From NCBI RefSeq assembly GCF_009914755.1, contig NC_060928.1: a DNA stretch of 64,000 nucleotides. One strand, 5' to 3'. The DNA is from the human T2T-CHM13v2.0 reference genome, Homo sapiens. The position numbers and the translations under genes are program-made. Positions 40,522-58,846 of the stretch are shown here, in pieces. How positions within the stretch are numbered: the stretch's first letter is position 1; every line of letters starts with the position of its first letter. The notes under the pieces are model-generated. The model saw only the letters and a list, made by a program, of their open reading frames with translations, was not told where the DNA came from and did no database searches.

Positions 40522-41429
40522 CCAAATATTTTCCTGATGTAAAATTTAAGGTTGATGACTATGTTGTCCACAGGATTAGGAAACAAATTTCAAACCTAAC
40601 TTCATTTATTCATGAAATAAATTTTGAGCATCCGTTGGTAAAAATACAAATATTTCTCACAACCACATTTCATACAAATATAGGAGAAAAAAAAAGCAGC
40701 TTAATAAAGAAGGTGTTACAGGCTTGTGTTTTTTTCAGTACACATCACACTTTTTCACAAGACTAACATTGGCTTTTAATCAAAAAATTCTTCTTCAATA
40801 CATCAACCCTCACTTCTGAGCTTAAACACTTAAAAAATAGCTATTTCTTTGTTTCAGTATCTTAAGGACAAATGACATGCAGTGTATTTTCCATTCTGTA
40901 GTCCCTTATTCAATATGTGCATGCCCTTTATATTTTTTAATGTTTCAAGAATAAGAGAATTATATAGAAATGCAAATCATGTGAATTTTTACTCTGCTAA
41001 TTTCATGACAAATTATGTTCAGAAAGACAGATGATGGATAGACAGATGAATAAATACATAGGCAGATAGAGATATTTATGCCTGAAATTCTTGTGAAATT
41101 ACTTGTGTAAAGTGTGAGAAGTGTTAGACATTACAAAAATGCCCTGAGTTGTATGCACACAGTATTAAGAAAAAACACTTATTTCAGAGAATAAAAACAT
41201 AATTCCTAAGTCTGATGTACCATAACTCAGGATAGTAGAGAAGCTTACCTGGAATACTAAGTTCCAAAGTTTTGAATGTTATATGTAAATAAATTAAGAA
41301 AAAATATAATGATAAAGAAAATGCACAGATGAAAATTCAGAAAATAATCCAAAAATTAAACAGTGGACATTTGTTTTAGGTAGTCTTATGAAACAATGCC
41401 TTCTCCTTACTTTTCAAATCATATGTTAA

Positions 41430-46059
<4,630 letters not shown>

Positions 46060-46594
46060 CAGCGTTAGAACATAATACCACTCCTGACCCCTCGAGAAAA
46101 AGTAGAAAATACATAGTATCTAAATAAAATATTTCCTTTACTTTAAATAAATTTGTCTTAAATAAACACCCACTGCATTAGCCTTTTAAAACAATTTTAA
46201 TATTTTATAAGAACCAGTAAAAACTTGATCATACCAAGCATGCTTTCTGAAAAACTGCTCTAAAGTCCTTTTAAATTTACGCCTTTTGAGTTTTATGCTC
46301 CTGTCAGGGACCACTCTCCCTCTCCCAGTCCTACTGTGAACCATAGACTCAGAGCCTTGACTGCCCAGATTTTCTCTGGAAATCCTAGGTATTCTTCCTA
46401 GGCAAGCAACCTGTGTCCAAAGCTATCTTTTTCTTTTTTTATTAACTCTGGTCTGCTCAAGTCAGGTTTTCTTACAAATTCCACAATCATGAACTAGATT
46501 CATAATATGATATTGATAATTCATAACAGATAAATGTGTCTCCAAGAGCTATATACATTCACAAATTTTATATCTTAAGTTAAATTTATATAAT

Positions 46595-46720
46595 GCGTTA
46601 AGGTTTACAAAATAGTTTCACAAGAATGATCTCATTTGATTCCTACAACCTTGTGAAATAAATGGCAGGCAATATCACTATCTTCATTTCACAAATTATA
46701 CAGGAGAGACTCATAAAGGA
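46595..46720 (-). mobile_element. MIR fragment
   Basis: GGTTTACAAAA..TTTCACA..ATCTCATTTGATTCCTACAACCTTGTGA..CATTTCACAAAT. Confidence 0.65.
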
Positions 46721-48320
46721 TTGGAAGAGACTTTATGCTATGGTAATACTATAGTTTACCTAACCTAATGATATTTCAGTGATAGCCTGGGGCCCTTGTG
46801 AAGGTGTGACATTTAGGGGCAATCTGTCAGATGGGTTTAAGTCTGATTTTCTAGGCAAACATGCACATTCTCTTCTTATACTTAAGCCATTCTGAATAAT
46901 AGATACATATTACTTGGCAGTCAAAGGTCTAAGTTGCAGATATTAATAAGATTATCACAAATTAATATATTTGTTCTAAAAATTATCACACTATGATTTT
47001 TCTTTCCTTTTCTTAGAAACTCACTAGTACAATAGCAAGAACTCAGGATATGTCTGCAAGCCTAACAGTTTAGAAAGTTACACGATATATTTCAAACCAT
47101 CAGACTATGCTAATTTTATGGCCATGTTAATTTTCTAAGTGACAGACATTACGAAAGTGCTGAACAGAATAGATTGTGATTAGGACAACAATGATTTTAA
47201 TGGAAAAAAGGTCAGCAGCTGCATAAAAAGCACAATGCAAATGGAGAGAATGATGCCGGAAGTGAAAACCTTCTGACATGAGGATGGATTATCTAATGAT
47301 GGGGACAGGCGACAGAAAGCAGAGAGTTCTGGTCCAGACCCTCCAGTGACCTTCATTATCACTGCACTGAGGAAGGCAATAGTCAACTGCCACACTACTT
47401 TAGAACTCAATTATAAAAATCAAGTAATTTATCTGACTAGAGTATCAGCTCATGCTGGAATCACTCCACAAACTATACAGTCATTCTGCCTTTCCTAAGA
47501 CTCAACGTCCCCCAAGGCATTATGTTTGGGTATTACTCAATTTGTAAACACATGAAAGAGTTAAAAAAAACTGTTTATCAATAATTTCTAGCACTTTTTT
47601 GCTGTTTTCTTATTGTCTCCTAGAGACAAACAATGTATAATGCAGTCCCTATTTTACAGGATTGATGTTTTGACAGTCAAAGAAAACAACTCTGTCCAAC
47701 CTTTCCTGTTCTTATCACGTAATGCCAGAGGTTAATCGACTCACAGTAATCAAATCTAATGATCCTCTTTTTAGATTTATTCTTTTGTTTGTTTGTTTCT
47801 TCTGCAGTATTGATCCCTTTTGGCCTTGATTCTTGAAACTTTCTCTTCCCATGACTCCCGAGACACTATTACCTCCTAGACTTTTGCCTGCGTCTTAAGA
47901 AAATGCTGCGTATCTTCTCTGTTGCTTCTGTCTTCTTTAGTTCCCCCAGTAAAGGCAAGTTTTAAAGGTCTCTTTCTCTTCTGTTACATTTAATTCCACT
48001 TTCTACCTCTATATTTTCCTGGAAGTATTTTTCTTCGTGAAAGCCTTGACTATCTATGCTTTGTAGTTGTTTCATAATATGTAGCCCAGTCATCTTTTCT
48101 TAATTCTATCCCTACATTTTACCTACATCTTGCTACCTGTGTCAGTATCAGTAGCATTCTGACATTTGTAATGTAATATGTCTAAAATAAGATTTATTAT
48201 TTTCTTCTCATACATAATCGACAAATGACTTTACCAAATTCTTTATCATACTGACTGAAACCTTGATTTGTTTCTCTCTTCACTTGTTACATTCAATTAT
48301 TTGATACATTCTGTTAATTT

Positions 48321-48472
48321 GATTTATTCAATATCTGTTGAAATTCTACCTTCCTTCCACTCTGACAATGGTTTCTCTCTCCCACCAGTCAGTTTTGATT
48401 TATTCAATATCGGTTGAAATTCTACCTTTCTTCCACTCTGACAATGGTTTCTCTCTCCCACCAGTCTGTTTT
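48321..48472 (+). repeat. 76-bp tandem duplication, 2 copies
   Basis: 48321-48396 vs 48397-48472, 3 mismatches, TTTG at the junctions. Confidence 0.95.
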
Positions 48473-48695
48473 GCTGAGAGTTCCAAAAATCATCTTCCTG
48501 AAACCCGAATCTTTTATTGTCACTTCATTATATATGTATTTTCAATATGCAATTACCTGACAATAGGATGCCCGATAAAGCACACACTCTATTCTTTCAC
48601 CACTGCCTATGATATTTTATTTCCTTTCATAAGCCTTTTGCTCTAACTAAACTCCACCATCCACCGAACCTCCTGAATCAAGGTCAATTGATATT

Positions 48696-49014
<319 letters not shown>

Positions 49015-50147
49015 TCAATTCTACTTCCTAATTTCTCTGACTTGTTGATGTTTGTTCTTTTTGTTTTCTGAACTAACTGCATTTTCTTTCCCTCTTGCAC
49101 ATAGCAAATCTTGATCTCCCACACAAATGCTGCCTCTTCACATTAATGCCTTTTTATATTGTAGTCAGGTGTACCTAATCCATTTGAATGCTAATATCTC
49201 AACATTTTTTGTCTATAAATTTTTTGTGTGTGAGTTTCTGCCTTGTTTGATAGTTTTGTAAATTTCTTTTACCAGTTATCTAGGTATAGTACATCTTTCA
49301 GTGAGTTTTTAGTAGGACATGGTCATTTCTCAACTGTGTTTAAATGCAGAAAAATTTGGTCAGTCTCAACCAGCACTTTATGCCCTCGCCAAACAACGAA
49401 AACAAAACCGAACCAAACAAACAAAAAAACAACAATAGAAAAAGCTAATAAAAATTATGTCCCATGTCAAATTGTATGAAAAAACTATAGGATAAGCACC
49501 TACTTTTCCGTCATCAGTCTTTGGTCTTGTTATTACTGAAAGTTGCTCCATTCTAAGATTAGAATAAAGGAACAAATAAAAGGACCACCGGACCTAGTAG
49601 GCTGGGAGGGAGGTCTGATCAAAAACATTTTTCAGATATTTTTTTTTTTTGTAAACCTCATTGATACATAAGAATGTCAAGGATGTTAAAAAATTAGGAT
49701 GTTAGTAGATAATACACTTTGAAATATGGGGAAAGGAGAAAATGGATCAGATTGCCTTGTTGAAGGATCTGAAAAAAAAAAGGAATACGCAGAGAAGGCA
49801 GTAGTAAAAGTGGGAGTCATGTCTCTAAGAGGAGTTTTGGAGAGAATAATAATACTACTACTAATACAGAATCTGCAAAATCATAGTATTGAAGAAGGAA
49901 CTGGAAGAGCAAAATCCACATGAATAACTGAGAGGGGCAGCAAAGAATAGAACTTTTCTATTTTAAGCTCCTAAGTGTTCTCCTTCCCATCCCATATATG
50001 CAAAAGTCTAGCAACTGTTATTTTTTTCATTATAAACTTTATATGAATCAGAGGATAAGTAAAAACAATTCATAATTAAGGAGGTAAGAGAATTAAGAGG
50101 TATTACAAAGAAGGCATAAGCTTCCTGCCTTATTAAGAATATAACAG

Positions 50148-50262
50148 AGTGAAGATGTTAATTACCTTGATCTAATAATTCCACAATGTATACATGTATC
50201 AAAACATCACATTGTATGCCACAAATATATACAGTAATTATCTGTTCATTAAAAATAAAAGA
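50148..50262 (+). mobile_element. L1MA extreme 3' end
   Basis: GTTAATTACCTTGAT..ATTCCACAATGTATACATGTATCAAAACATCACATTGTA..AAAAATAAAA; flanking AAGAATAT repeat. Confidence 0.8.
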
Positions 50263-50379
50263 AAGAATATTAAAAAGATGATTTGAAACTCCAGAAAACT
50301 AAAATTCTGCCCTAGAAAATCCATTTACATGGTGTAGTAGGTGCTTTTACTTTAATTATCTAACTTTTATATAAGGACA

Positions 50380-51000
50380 CAGCCAAAACTATGAGACATT
50401 CAAAGAAAAAAAAATGTGTCATGAAAGGAAAAAACTACAGAAAACTCACACATACTTATTTTGAAAAAAGGAAGTACAAAAACACAGAGGAAGAAGAACA
50501 TTTTGAAATAAAATTGAGAACACATTTCAGAAAGTTGATATAAAAGAGAAAAAGAAAACTAGAAGATTAACCTAAGCAGCCTAACATTTTAATAATAAGA
50601 GCTCCTTAAAGAGAAAACAAATAAAATAGTAGGAGAGAAATTACCAAAGAAGTATATTATTCCAAAATACAGAAATAAAACATATTTTCAAGATTAACAG
50701 TGTCTGCCGAGTGCTCCGTTAAATAAATTAAAAAACTCTCATGCTGAGACAAAATATAATGAAATTTAGTAGCACTGAGGATGTAAAGAAAATATTTTAG
50801 AAAATCTTGCAGAGGAGAAAAAAACCCATGTTTCATAAAAATATTGAGAATCAGGGACATTAGACTCCTGGGCAGCATGCAATACTAATGGCTAGGATAC
50901 AGCAGAGAGTGGAATACTGAAAAAAGATGATTTTTAAGAAACAATTCTATGCCCAGTCAAAACACATAAAGATAAGATAATTACAATTCTAATATGAAAG
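50380..51000 (+). mobile_element. Very old L1M/HAL1-like ORF1 region
   Basis: Degenerate ORF1-type motifs (CTAACATT..AATAAGAG.TCC, GAGAATCAG..ATTAGACT, AATTCTATGCCCAG). Confidence 0.45.
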
Positions 51001-51166
51001 GTCTTAATAGTTTTATTATTTCTATACCTATTATTATAAAGCTGAAACTATAACCATATTCTTAGAAGTGCAATAAGATAAAGGGAATTGTGGTAGAATG
51101 TTAGTTGAGCAATTAATAACAAAGCCTAGATTATGTTTGAAAGCCAAAATACTAATTTAATATGCA

Positions 51167-51640
51167 TGTTCCAGATGCCTATTGCTCCAGAGCAAACCAC
51201 TCCAAAACTTACTTGCATGAAACATCAACTTTATTAAGTTTGTGTATTCTGAGGGCCATTAACTCAAACAAGGTACAGTGAGGGTGTCTTGCCTTTGTTC
51301 TGTAAGGTCTGGAGCCTTATGTAGGAAGACCCAGTGCTGAGGTTCTTATTATCTGTAGGAGTTTCACTCACGTATCTTGTGTTTAACTCTAGCTTTCAAC
51401 TTAGATATCAGCAAAAGATGTCACAAATCTACACATGACCTCTATGCAGCTTGGGCTTCCTCACAATATGGTAACTGGGCTACAAGAGCGGAAGTACCAA
51501 AGGAACTAGAAATACATTGTATTGCCTATTGTAAGCAGATGTGGAATTTACTTGGGACTATTTCTGCTACAATCACAAGTCTGGTCTGGATTCATGGAAA
51601 GAAAATATTGATGCCATTTATTGATAGGAGTGACCAATAT
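51167..51640 (-). mobile_element. Old MLT1 (G/H-like) LTR
   Basis: CTATTGCT..AAACCACTCCAAAACTTA..GCTTGGGCTTCCTCACAATATGG. Confidence 0.6.
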
Positions 51641-51834
51641 TATGAAAGTGGATGCCTTTTTTTTGTTTCTGTAAAATTTTGGGGGAAGTTCCTTCAAGTA
51701 AAAACAGGAATTGGGCAAAGCCTATTCTATCATTTTTTCTTGTTCTTTTTCAGGCCTAGAACATTGATATGATGATTAGAATAACAATAGTCAATTTAGA
51801 CCATAAGGCAACTTGAGTAGGCATGTGACATTTG

Positions 51835-53565
51835 CATTCGGTCATTTAAGAAAGGAAAAAATATCTAAGCACATATTATGTGCAAAACACTATTCTAGGC
51901 AGCAGAGATAGAATTTTGAACAAAACAGAAATTCGGCCCTCTCAATTTATACTTCATTGGGATAATAGGGACATCAAAAATAATAACTACAAAAATCAAT
52001 AAAGTGATGTTAAGTACAAAAGAAGAAAGAGTCACAAGCACAATAAAGCATAAGGCTGGTAATAAGGAAAGCATGAAGAAGGGATGAAATTTTAAATAAA
52101 GTGTTCAGAAAACACCTTACAGATTATATTATTTAGCTATTATAATATAAGGATTGGCTTGTCAACTCATACTCACACAAATCAGGTATCAAGCTTTCTA
52201 ATAATTTTAAGGATATACATAATTAGGAAGTTCATATGGAGTAGAGAGATTGGTTACGTTGAGGATGACTCCAGTTCCTACCTTCCCAGATAAGACATGA
52301 ACTCATCACCTAGATAAATTATAAGGTCTATAATAAGCTTTGTGGGTCATTTCACCCAGGAGGGAACATTTAATTTATCAACCTCAACCATCTCCATTTT
52401 ATACATGAATGAATGCTATAACACACTACATGCTTCAGAAAGGCATGCCTCATCTATACATGTATTTCAGTTTATTAACTATATATAACCCTTTAGCCAG
52501 GGTTATCTTCCTAAGAAATTCTATAAATAAATTCTGCTCATGACCAAATATCAGAATGTATCTACAGTTGATTTTTTATTTCACCTAGTGCGGTCCCCAC
52601 TTTATGAAATTAGTGAATGAATCCTAGTCCAGCTGCTTTAAATTTTCCCTCTCCCATCTTTATTCTATTTAAACATACTCATGAAGGATATGTATAGGGC
52701 CTTTCAACGCAGAAGGAAAAGCTAGGAAATGGTCCTGTGGCAAGGAAATTCCTGGTATGCTCAAAGAACAACTAAGGCTGACTGTATATATCCTCAGGGC
52801 AATTGTGAAGACTCTGAAGGTTGAATGAGATAAAAACCCAATGAAGAGAATCAAGCAAAGAAGTGATATAATAATATTTGATTTAAAAAAAAAAACATTC
52901 TTTAGCTTTTGTTTTGAAAACAAGCTGTAGGATGGAAAGAAATGCCAAAGAATGAAGAACAGTTAATAGACAATTGGTGGTGATCATTTTACCTAGAATT
53001 GGAATTCATAGAACTGGAGGTAATGTCAAGTAATGCTGTGTATGGTTTTGAAGGCAAAAAAAAAAAAAAAGAATTTGCAGAAAAAAATTGAATGTGGAGG
53101 TGAGAGAGAAGGGAAAGAGTTAAGGATGACCTCAAGGTTTTTAGTTTAAGCCACTGGGAATAGTAGGGTTTCCATTTCCTGTAATAGAGAAGATTACAGA
53201 AGGAGCAGGTTTCCAAAGGTTAATATTCTAACAGTTTTTATTATAGACCTTTTAAATTTAGAACATCTATTCAGTTTCTAAGTAGAGATAACAAATATGT
53301 ACTTGGATATATTATTCAGAATTTCAAAGCTGAATTTATAAATAAGTAATTCATCAACTATACATGTTATTTAAAAGAAAGAAACAGAATAAATTATTAA
53401 GGGAGTGAATATAGATAGAGAAGATTTCAAGTTATTTCAGTGTTCAGCAGTTGGCAAGATGTGAAGGAACCAGCCAAGGAGACTGAGAAAGAGCAACAGG
53501 CAGAGGAGAAGGAAATTATTGTATCCTTGAAGCCAAATAAAGAGTGTTTATAAAGAAGAAACTAA
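51835..53565 (-). mobile_element. L2 fossil (interrupted about 52150-52680)
   Basis: TATGTGCAAAACACTATTCTAGGC; TTAAGGATGACCTCAAGGTTTTTAGTTT; GGAACCAGCCAAGGAGACTGAGAAAGAGC. Confidence 0.65.
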
Positions 53566-56525
53566 GAAGGAAACAGAACAAGATGGCTGAATAGAACCTT
53601 CTAGTGATCACAAAACTGAACACCAAACTGAACAACTTTCCTCACAAAAAGCACCTTCATAAGAACCAAAACTCAGATAAGTAATCACAGTACCTGGTTT
53701 TAACATCTTATCAAGGAAAGAGAAACTGAAGGGGGTAGTAAGGCAGTCTTGAATTGCTGACAACACACCTCCATTATACCTGGGCAGTGCACAATGACAG
53801 AGACAGAAATTCTGTGCACTTGGAAAAGGGAGAGCAAAATGATTGTGCGTCTTTGCATTGGAACTCACTGTTGTCCTGTAACAGCAGAAAGCAAGATAGG
53901 GCAGAATTTGGCCAGTGACTATGTAGGGATCATTTAGACCATCCTTAATCAGAGGTCTCAACCCAAGTTCTGGCTAGCCCCACTACTGAGAGTGAAAGTG
54001 CCCTGGGGTCCTAAGTAAACAGGAAAGACAGTCTAGACCACAAGGATTTCAATTCCTGAGCAAGTCCTGGTGATGTGCTGGGCTCAGACCCAGTGGATGT
54101 GTGCACATGACCAAGTGAGACAGCACTGGGGTGGCCAAGGGAGTGTTTTTATTACCTTCCCCAATGCTAGGCACTGCAGCTTGTAGCTCTGGGAGGAAAG
54201 GGACGAGTAAATAGCACAGTCCTGTAACATGGATACCAGCTCATCCAAAGTAAAATAAAGCATGAAGCAGAGTCCCGAACCCCCATTTTATACCATTGTT
54301 CCCAGATGACATTTCTAGACCTGCCTTGGGCAAGAAGAGAAGCCACTGCCCTGAAGAGAAGGTCCATGTCCTTTCAGAATTCACCACATGCTGACTAAAG
54401 AGCCCTTGGTCCTTGAATAAGCATCAGCAGTAGCCAGGCAGCAGCCACCACAGGCTTGGGCAAGGCCTAGTATTGTGCTACCCTTGGGTGTGACCCAGCA
54501 CAATCCTAGAGGTGGTGACCACAGGAGTGCTTTTGTCATCCCTCCACAAACTCCAGGGAGCTTAGCATGGAGAGTGAGACTTCATTCGTTTGTGAGAAAG
54601 TAGGGGGAAAAAACAAGAGACTGCTCTCTGGCAATCCAGACTATTCTTCCAGATATTACCCAAGATTGCCAAGGCTGGTACTTCTACGAATCTGCAAAGT
54701 AACAGTGTTACTGGGCTTGGAGTGTTCCCTAATGCACATATGGCTGCAGTGACCAAAAACTTATTTCATAACACTCAATTCCCTTTGAATACTTGGAAAG
54801 CTTTCTCAAGAAAGATGGGTACACATCAGCCCAGACTGTGAAGATTAGAATAAATATGTAAATCTTCAATGCCCAAACATTGGTGAACATCCACAGGCAT
54901 CAAGACCATCTCAGAAAAAAATCACCTCACCAAACACTAAATAAGGCACCACTGCCCAATTCTGGAGTGATAGAGATATGTGACTTTTCAGATAAAGATT
55001 TCAACATACCTGTTTTAAGGAAGTGAAATAAAACCACACAAAAAAGGGAATTTGGAATTCTATCACATAAATTTAACAAAGAAGATGAAATATTTAAAAA
55101 GAGTCAAGCAGAAATTTTGGAGCTGAAAAATTGAATTGACAAACTGAAGAATGCATCAGTCTATGAACAGCAGAACTTATCAAACAGAAAAAAGAAATTG
55201 TGTGCTTGAAGAGAGGCTAGTTGAAAATACACAGAAGAATCAAAAGAAAAAAGAGTAAAAAATAATGAAGCATGCCTACGTGATCTAGAAAATAGAAAAC
55301 AGCTTCAAAAAGGCAAATCTATGAATTATTGCTCTAAAAGAAGTAGTAGAGAGAGAGAGACTGGGTAGAAAGTTTATTCCAAAAGGTAATATTAGAGAAC
55401 TATTCAAACTTAAAAAAACCTATCAATATTCAAGTACAAGAAGGTTATAAAACATCAAACAGATTTAACCCAAGTAAGACTACCTCAAGACATTTAATAA
55501 TCAAATTCCCAAAGGTCTGAGATTAAAAAAGAATCCTAAAAGTAGCAAAAGAAAAGAGAAAAATGACGTATAAGAGAGCTCCACTTTGTCTGGCAGCAAA
55601 TTTCTCAGTGTAAACCTTACAGCCAGGAAAGACTGATGTTATACATTTAAATTACTGAAGGAAAAAAGGCTTTTATCCTATGAAATTATATCCAGCAAAA
55701 ATATCCTTCAAACATGAAAGAGAAATAAAGTCCTTGTCAAACAAAAGCTGAGGGATTTTGTCAACACTAGAACTATCCTACAAAAAATGTTAAAGATAGT
55801 TATTTAATCTGGAAGAAAAGAATGTTAAGGAGCAATAAGATATCATCTGAAGGTACAAAACTCACTAGTAACAGTAAGCATACAGACAAATACAGAATAT
55901 TATAGCACTGTAATGTAGTGTGTAAACTACTCACATCTTGAGAAGGAAGACTAAATGAAAAACCTACAAAATTAATAACTACCACAATTTTAAGGTATAT
56001 ATGGTATGATAAGTTATAAATCAAAATTAAAAAAGTTAAAAAGCAGGAGGGATGAAATTACAGTTCAGAGCTTTTATTAATTTTTCTCTTTATTCCTGCA
56101 ATCAGAGTTAAACTGTCATCAGTTTAAAGTAATGGGATATAAGATGTTACTTGCAAGCCTTAGTGTAGCTTCACATCTAAAAACATAACAACAGATACAG
56201 TAAAAACAAAAGAAAGAAAGTAAAACATACCACCAGAGAAAACCACCTTCACTGAAAGCAAAACAAGTAGGAAAGAAAGAAGGAAGAGTAGACCACAGAA
56301 CAACTAGAAAACAAATAGCAAAATGGAAGTAGTAATTCCTTACTAATCAATAATAACATTGAATGTAAATGAACTAAACACTTTAATCAAAACACATAGA
56401 GTGACTGAATGCATTTAAAAAACAGATGGAATAATCTGTTGCCTACAACAAATACACTTCCCCTATAAAGAAATACAGAGAATGAAACTAGAGGAATGGA
56501 AAAAAAATATTCCATGGAAATGAAA

Positions 56526-56562
<37 letters not shown>

Positions 56563-58846
56563 AGGAGTAGATGTACTTCAACCTTATAGCAATACTGATA
56601 GCTTATATCAGATAAAAGAGATTTCAAGACAAAAACTGTAAAAAAAAAAGAAATTATTACATAATGATAAAGGAATTGATTCATCAAGAGAATATAATAA
56701 TTGTGAATAGAATAAATATGCACTCAAAAATGGAGCACCCAGGTATTTAAAACAATTATCAGAAATAAAGAGAGAGTTAGACACCAATACAATAATAGCT
56801 GGAGACTTCAACACCTCACAGCACTGGATTCATTCTTCTCCTTAGCACATGGATCGCTAACAAGGATAGATTATGTTAGGCCATGAAACAAGTCTTAAAA
56901 AACTCAAACTGAAGAAATAAATAAATCACATCATTCCTCCCAGACTACGATGAAGTAAAACTAAAATCAGTAACAAGAGGACATTTGGAAACCATCCAAA
57001 CACAGGGAGATTAGAAAATATGCTCCTGAACAGCCAGTGAAACAATAAAGAAATTAAAAAATAAATTGAAAAAAATTGAAATAAATGCAATGGAAACAAA
57101 ACATAACAAAACGTGTGGGATACAGCTAAAGCAATGCTAAAAGCAAAATTTATGGCAATAATCACCTACATCAAAAAAGTAGAAAAATTTCCAATAAACA
57201 ACTTAACAATGAACCTTAAAGAACTAGAAAAGCAAGAAAAAATCAAAACTCAAATTAGTAGAAGAAAAGAATTAATAGTAATCCGAGCAAAAGTAAATGA
57301 AATTGAACTGAAAAAAATGAAAGATTAATGAAGCAAATAGTTGGTGCTTTGAAAAGATAAATAAAATTGACAGACTTATATTCAGATGAAGAAAAAATAG
57401 AGAAGTCCTCAAAAAATAAAATCAGAGATGAACAAGGATACCTTACAACTGATGCTGCAGATCCTTTCTAAAGGATCGTTAGAAACTACAATGTGTACCT
57501 ATATGCCAATAAATTGGAAAACCTAGAAGAAATGATAAAATTCTAGACACATACAACCTACAAAAATTAAACCATGAGAAATCCAAAAACTGAATAGACC
57601 AACAGCAAGTAATGAGATCAAAGCAGTAATAACAAGTCTCCCAGAAAAAAAAAAAAAAAAAGCCAGGGACCTGATGGCTTAATTGTTAAATTTTAACAAA
57701 CATTTGAAGAAAGAATTAGTAGCAATCCTACTCAAATTATTCTGAAGAATAGAGGAGACAGGAACACTTCTTAATTTATTGTATGAAGCCAGTCTTGCCC
57801 TGATACCAAAACTAGACAAGACATATCAAAAAAGGAAAGCTACAGGCCAATATCCCTAATGAACATTGACACAAAAGTTCTCAACAAAATACTAACAAAC
57901 CAAATTTAACAACACATTAAAAAGATCATCAATACTCATCAAGTGGGATTTATTCTAGGATTGCAATTATGATTCAACATATGCAATTCAATCAATGTAA
58001 TACATTATATTAATAAAATGAAGGACAAACATCCTATGATCATTTCAACTGATGCTGAAAAAGTATTTTATAAAATTTAACGTCTGTTCATGATAAAAAT
58101 CCTCAAAAAGCTAGGTATAGAATGAAAATACTTCAACAAAAGAAAAGCTATATGATAACAGATACATAGCTAGTATCATACTGAATAAAAAAATTAACAT
58201 TCTTTCCTCTATGATCTGGAAATACAGCAAGTATGCCCAATTATATTACTGTTATTGAACATAGTACTAGAAGTCCTAGCTAGAGCAATTGAACAAGAGA
58301 AAGAAAAAAAAGACTTCCAAAATTGGAAAGGAAGAAGTTAAATTTTCCTTGTTCACAGAAGAATTAATCTTATTTTGGAGAAACCTAAAGACTTCACCAA
58401 AGAATACTATTAGAACTTATAAACAAACTCAGTAAAGTCACAGGATACAAAATCAACATACAAAAATTAGTAGCATCTCTATGTACCAACAGTGAACAAT
58501 CTGAAAAAGAGATCAATAAAGGAATCCCATTTATGACAAGTACAAATAAAATCAGATACTTAGGAATTAACTAAGGATGTTGAAGATTTCTACAAGAAAA
58601 ACTATAAAACACTGACACAGGAAATTGAAAAGGATACCCAAAAATGGAAAGATATCCCATGTTCATGGATTGGAAGACTCAATATTGTTATAATATCCAT
58701 ACTATTCAAAACAAACTACATATTCAGTGCAATTATCAAAATACCAATGATATTCTTCATAGAAATAGAAAAAAAAATCTAAAATTTATATAGAACCACA
58801 AAAGACCAAGGATAGCCAAAGCCATCCTGAGCAAAAAGAATAAAAC
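53566..58846 (+). mobile_element. L1MA/L1M2-like element with 5'UTR, ORF1 and 5' two-thirds of ORF2; 3' end missing
   Basis: Starts CAAGATGGCTGAATAGAA; ORF2 remnants (WDTAKAMLKAKFMAI..., GGCCAATATCCCTAATGAACATTGA); stops abruptly at CTGAGCAAAAAGAATAAAAC with no 3'UTR or poly-A. Confidence 0.88.

Noticed and set aside
56529-56558. Long poly-A as a separate retro-insertion tail
   Set aside because: It sits at an A-run native to L1 ORF2 (AAAAAAGAGCAGGAGTAG); simple expansion with no TSD or body
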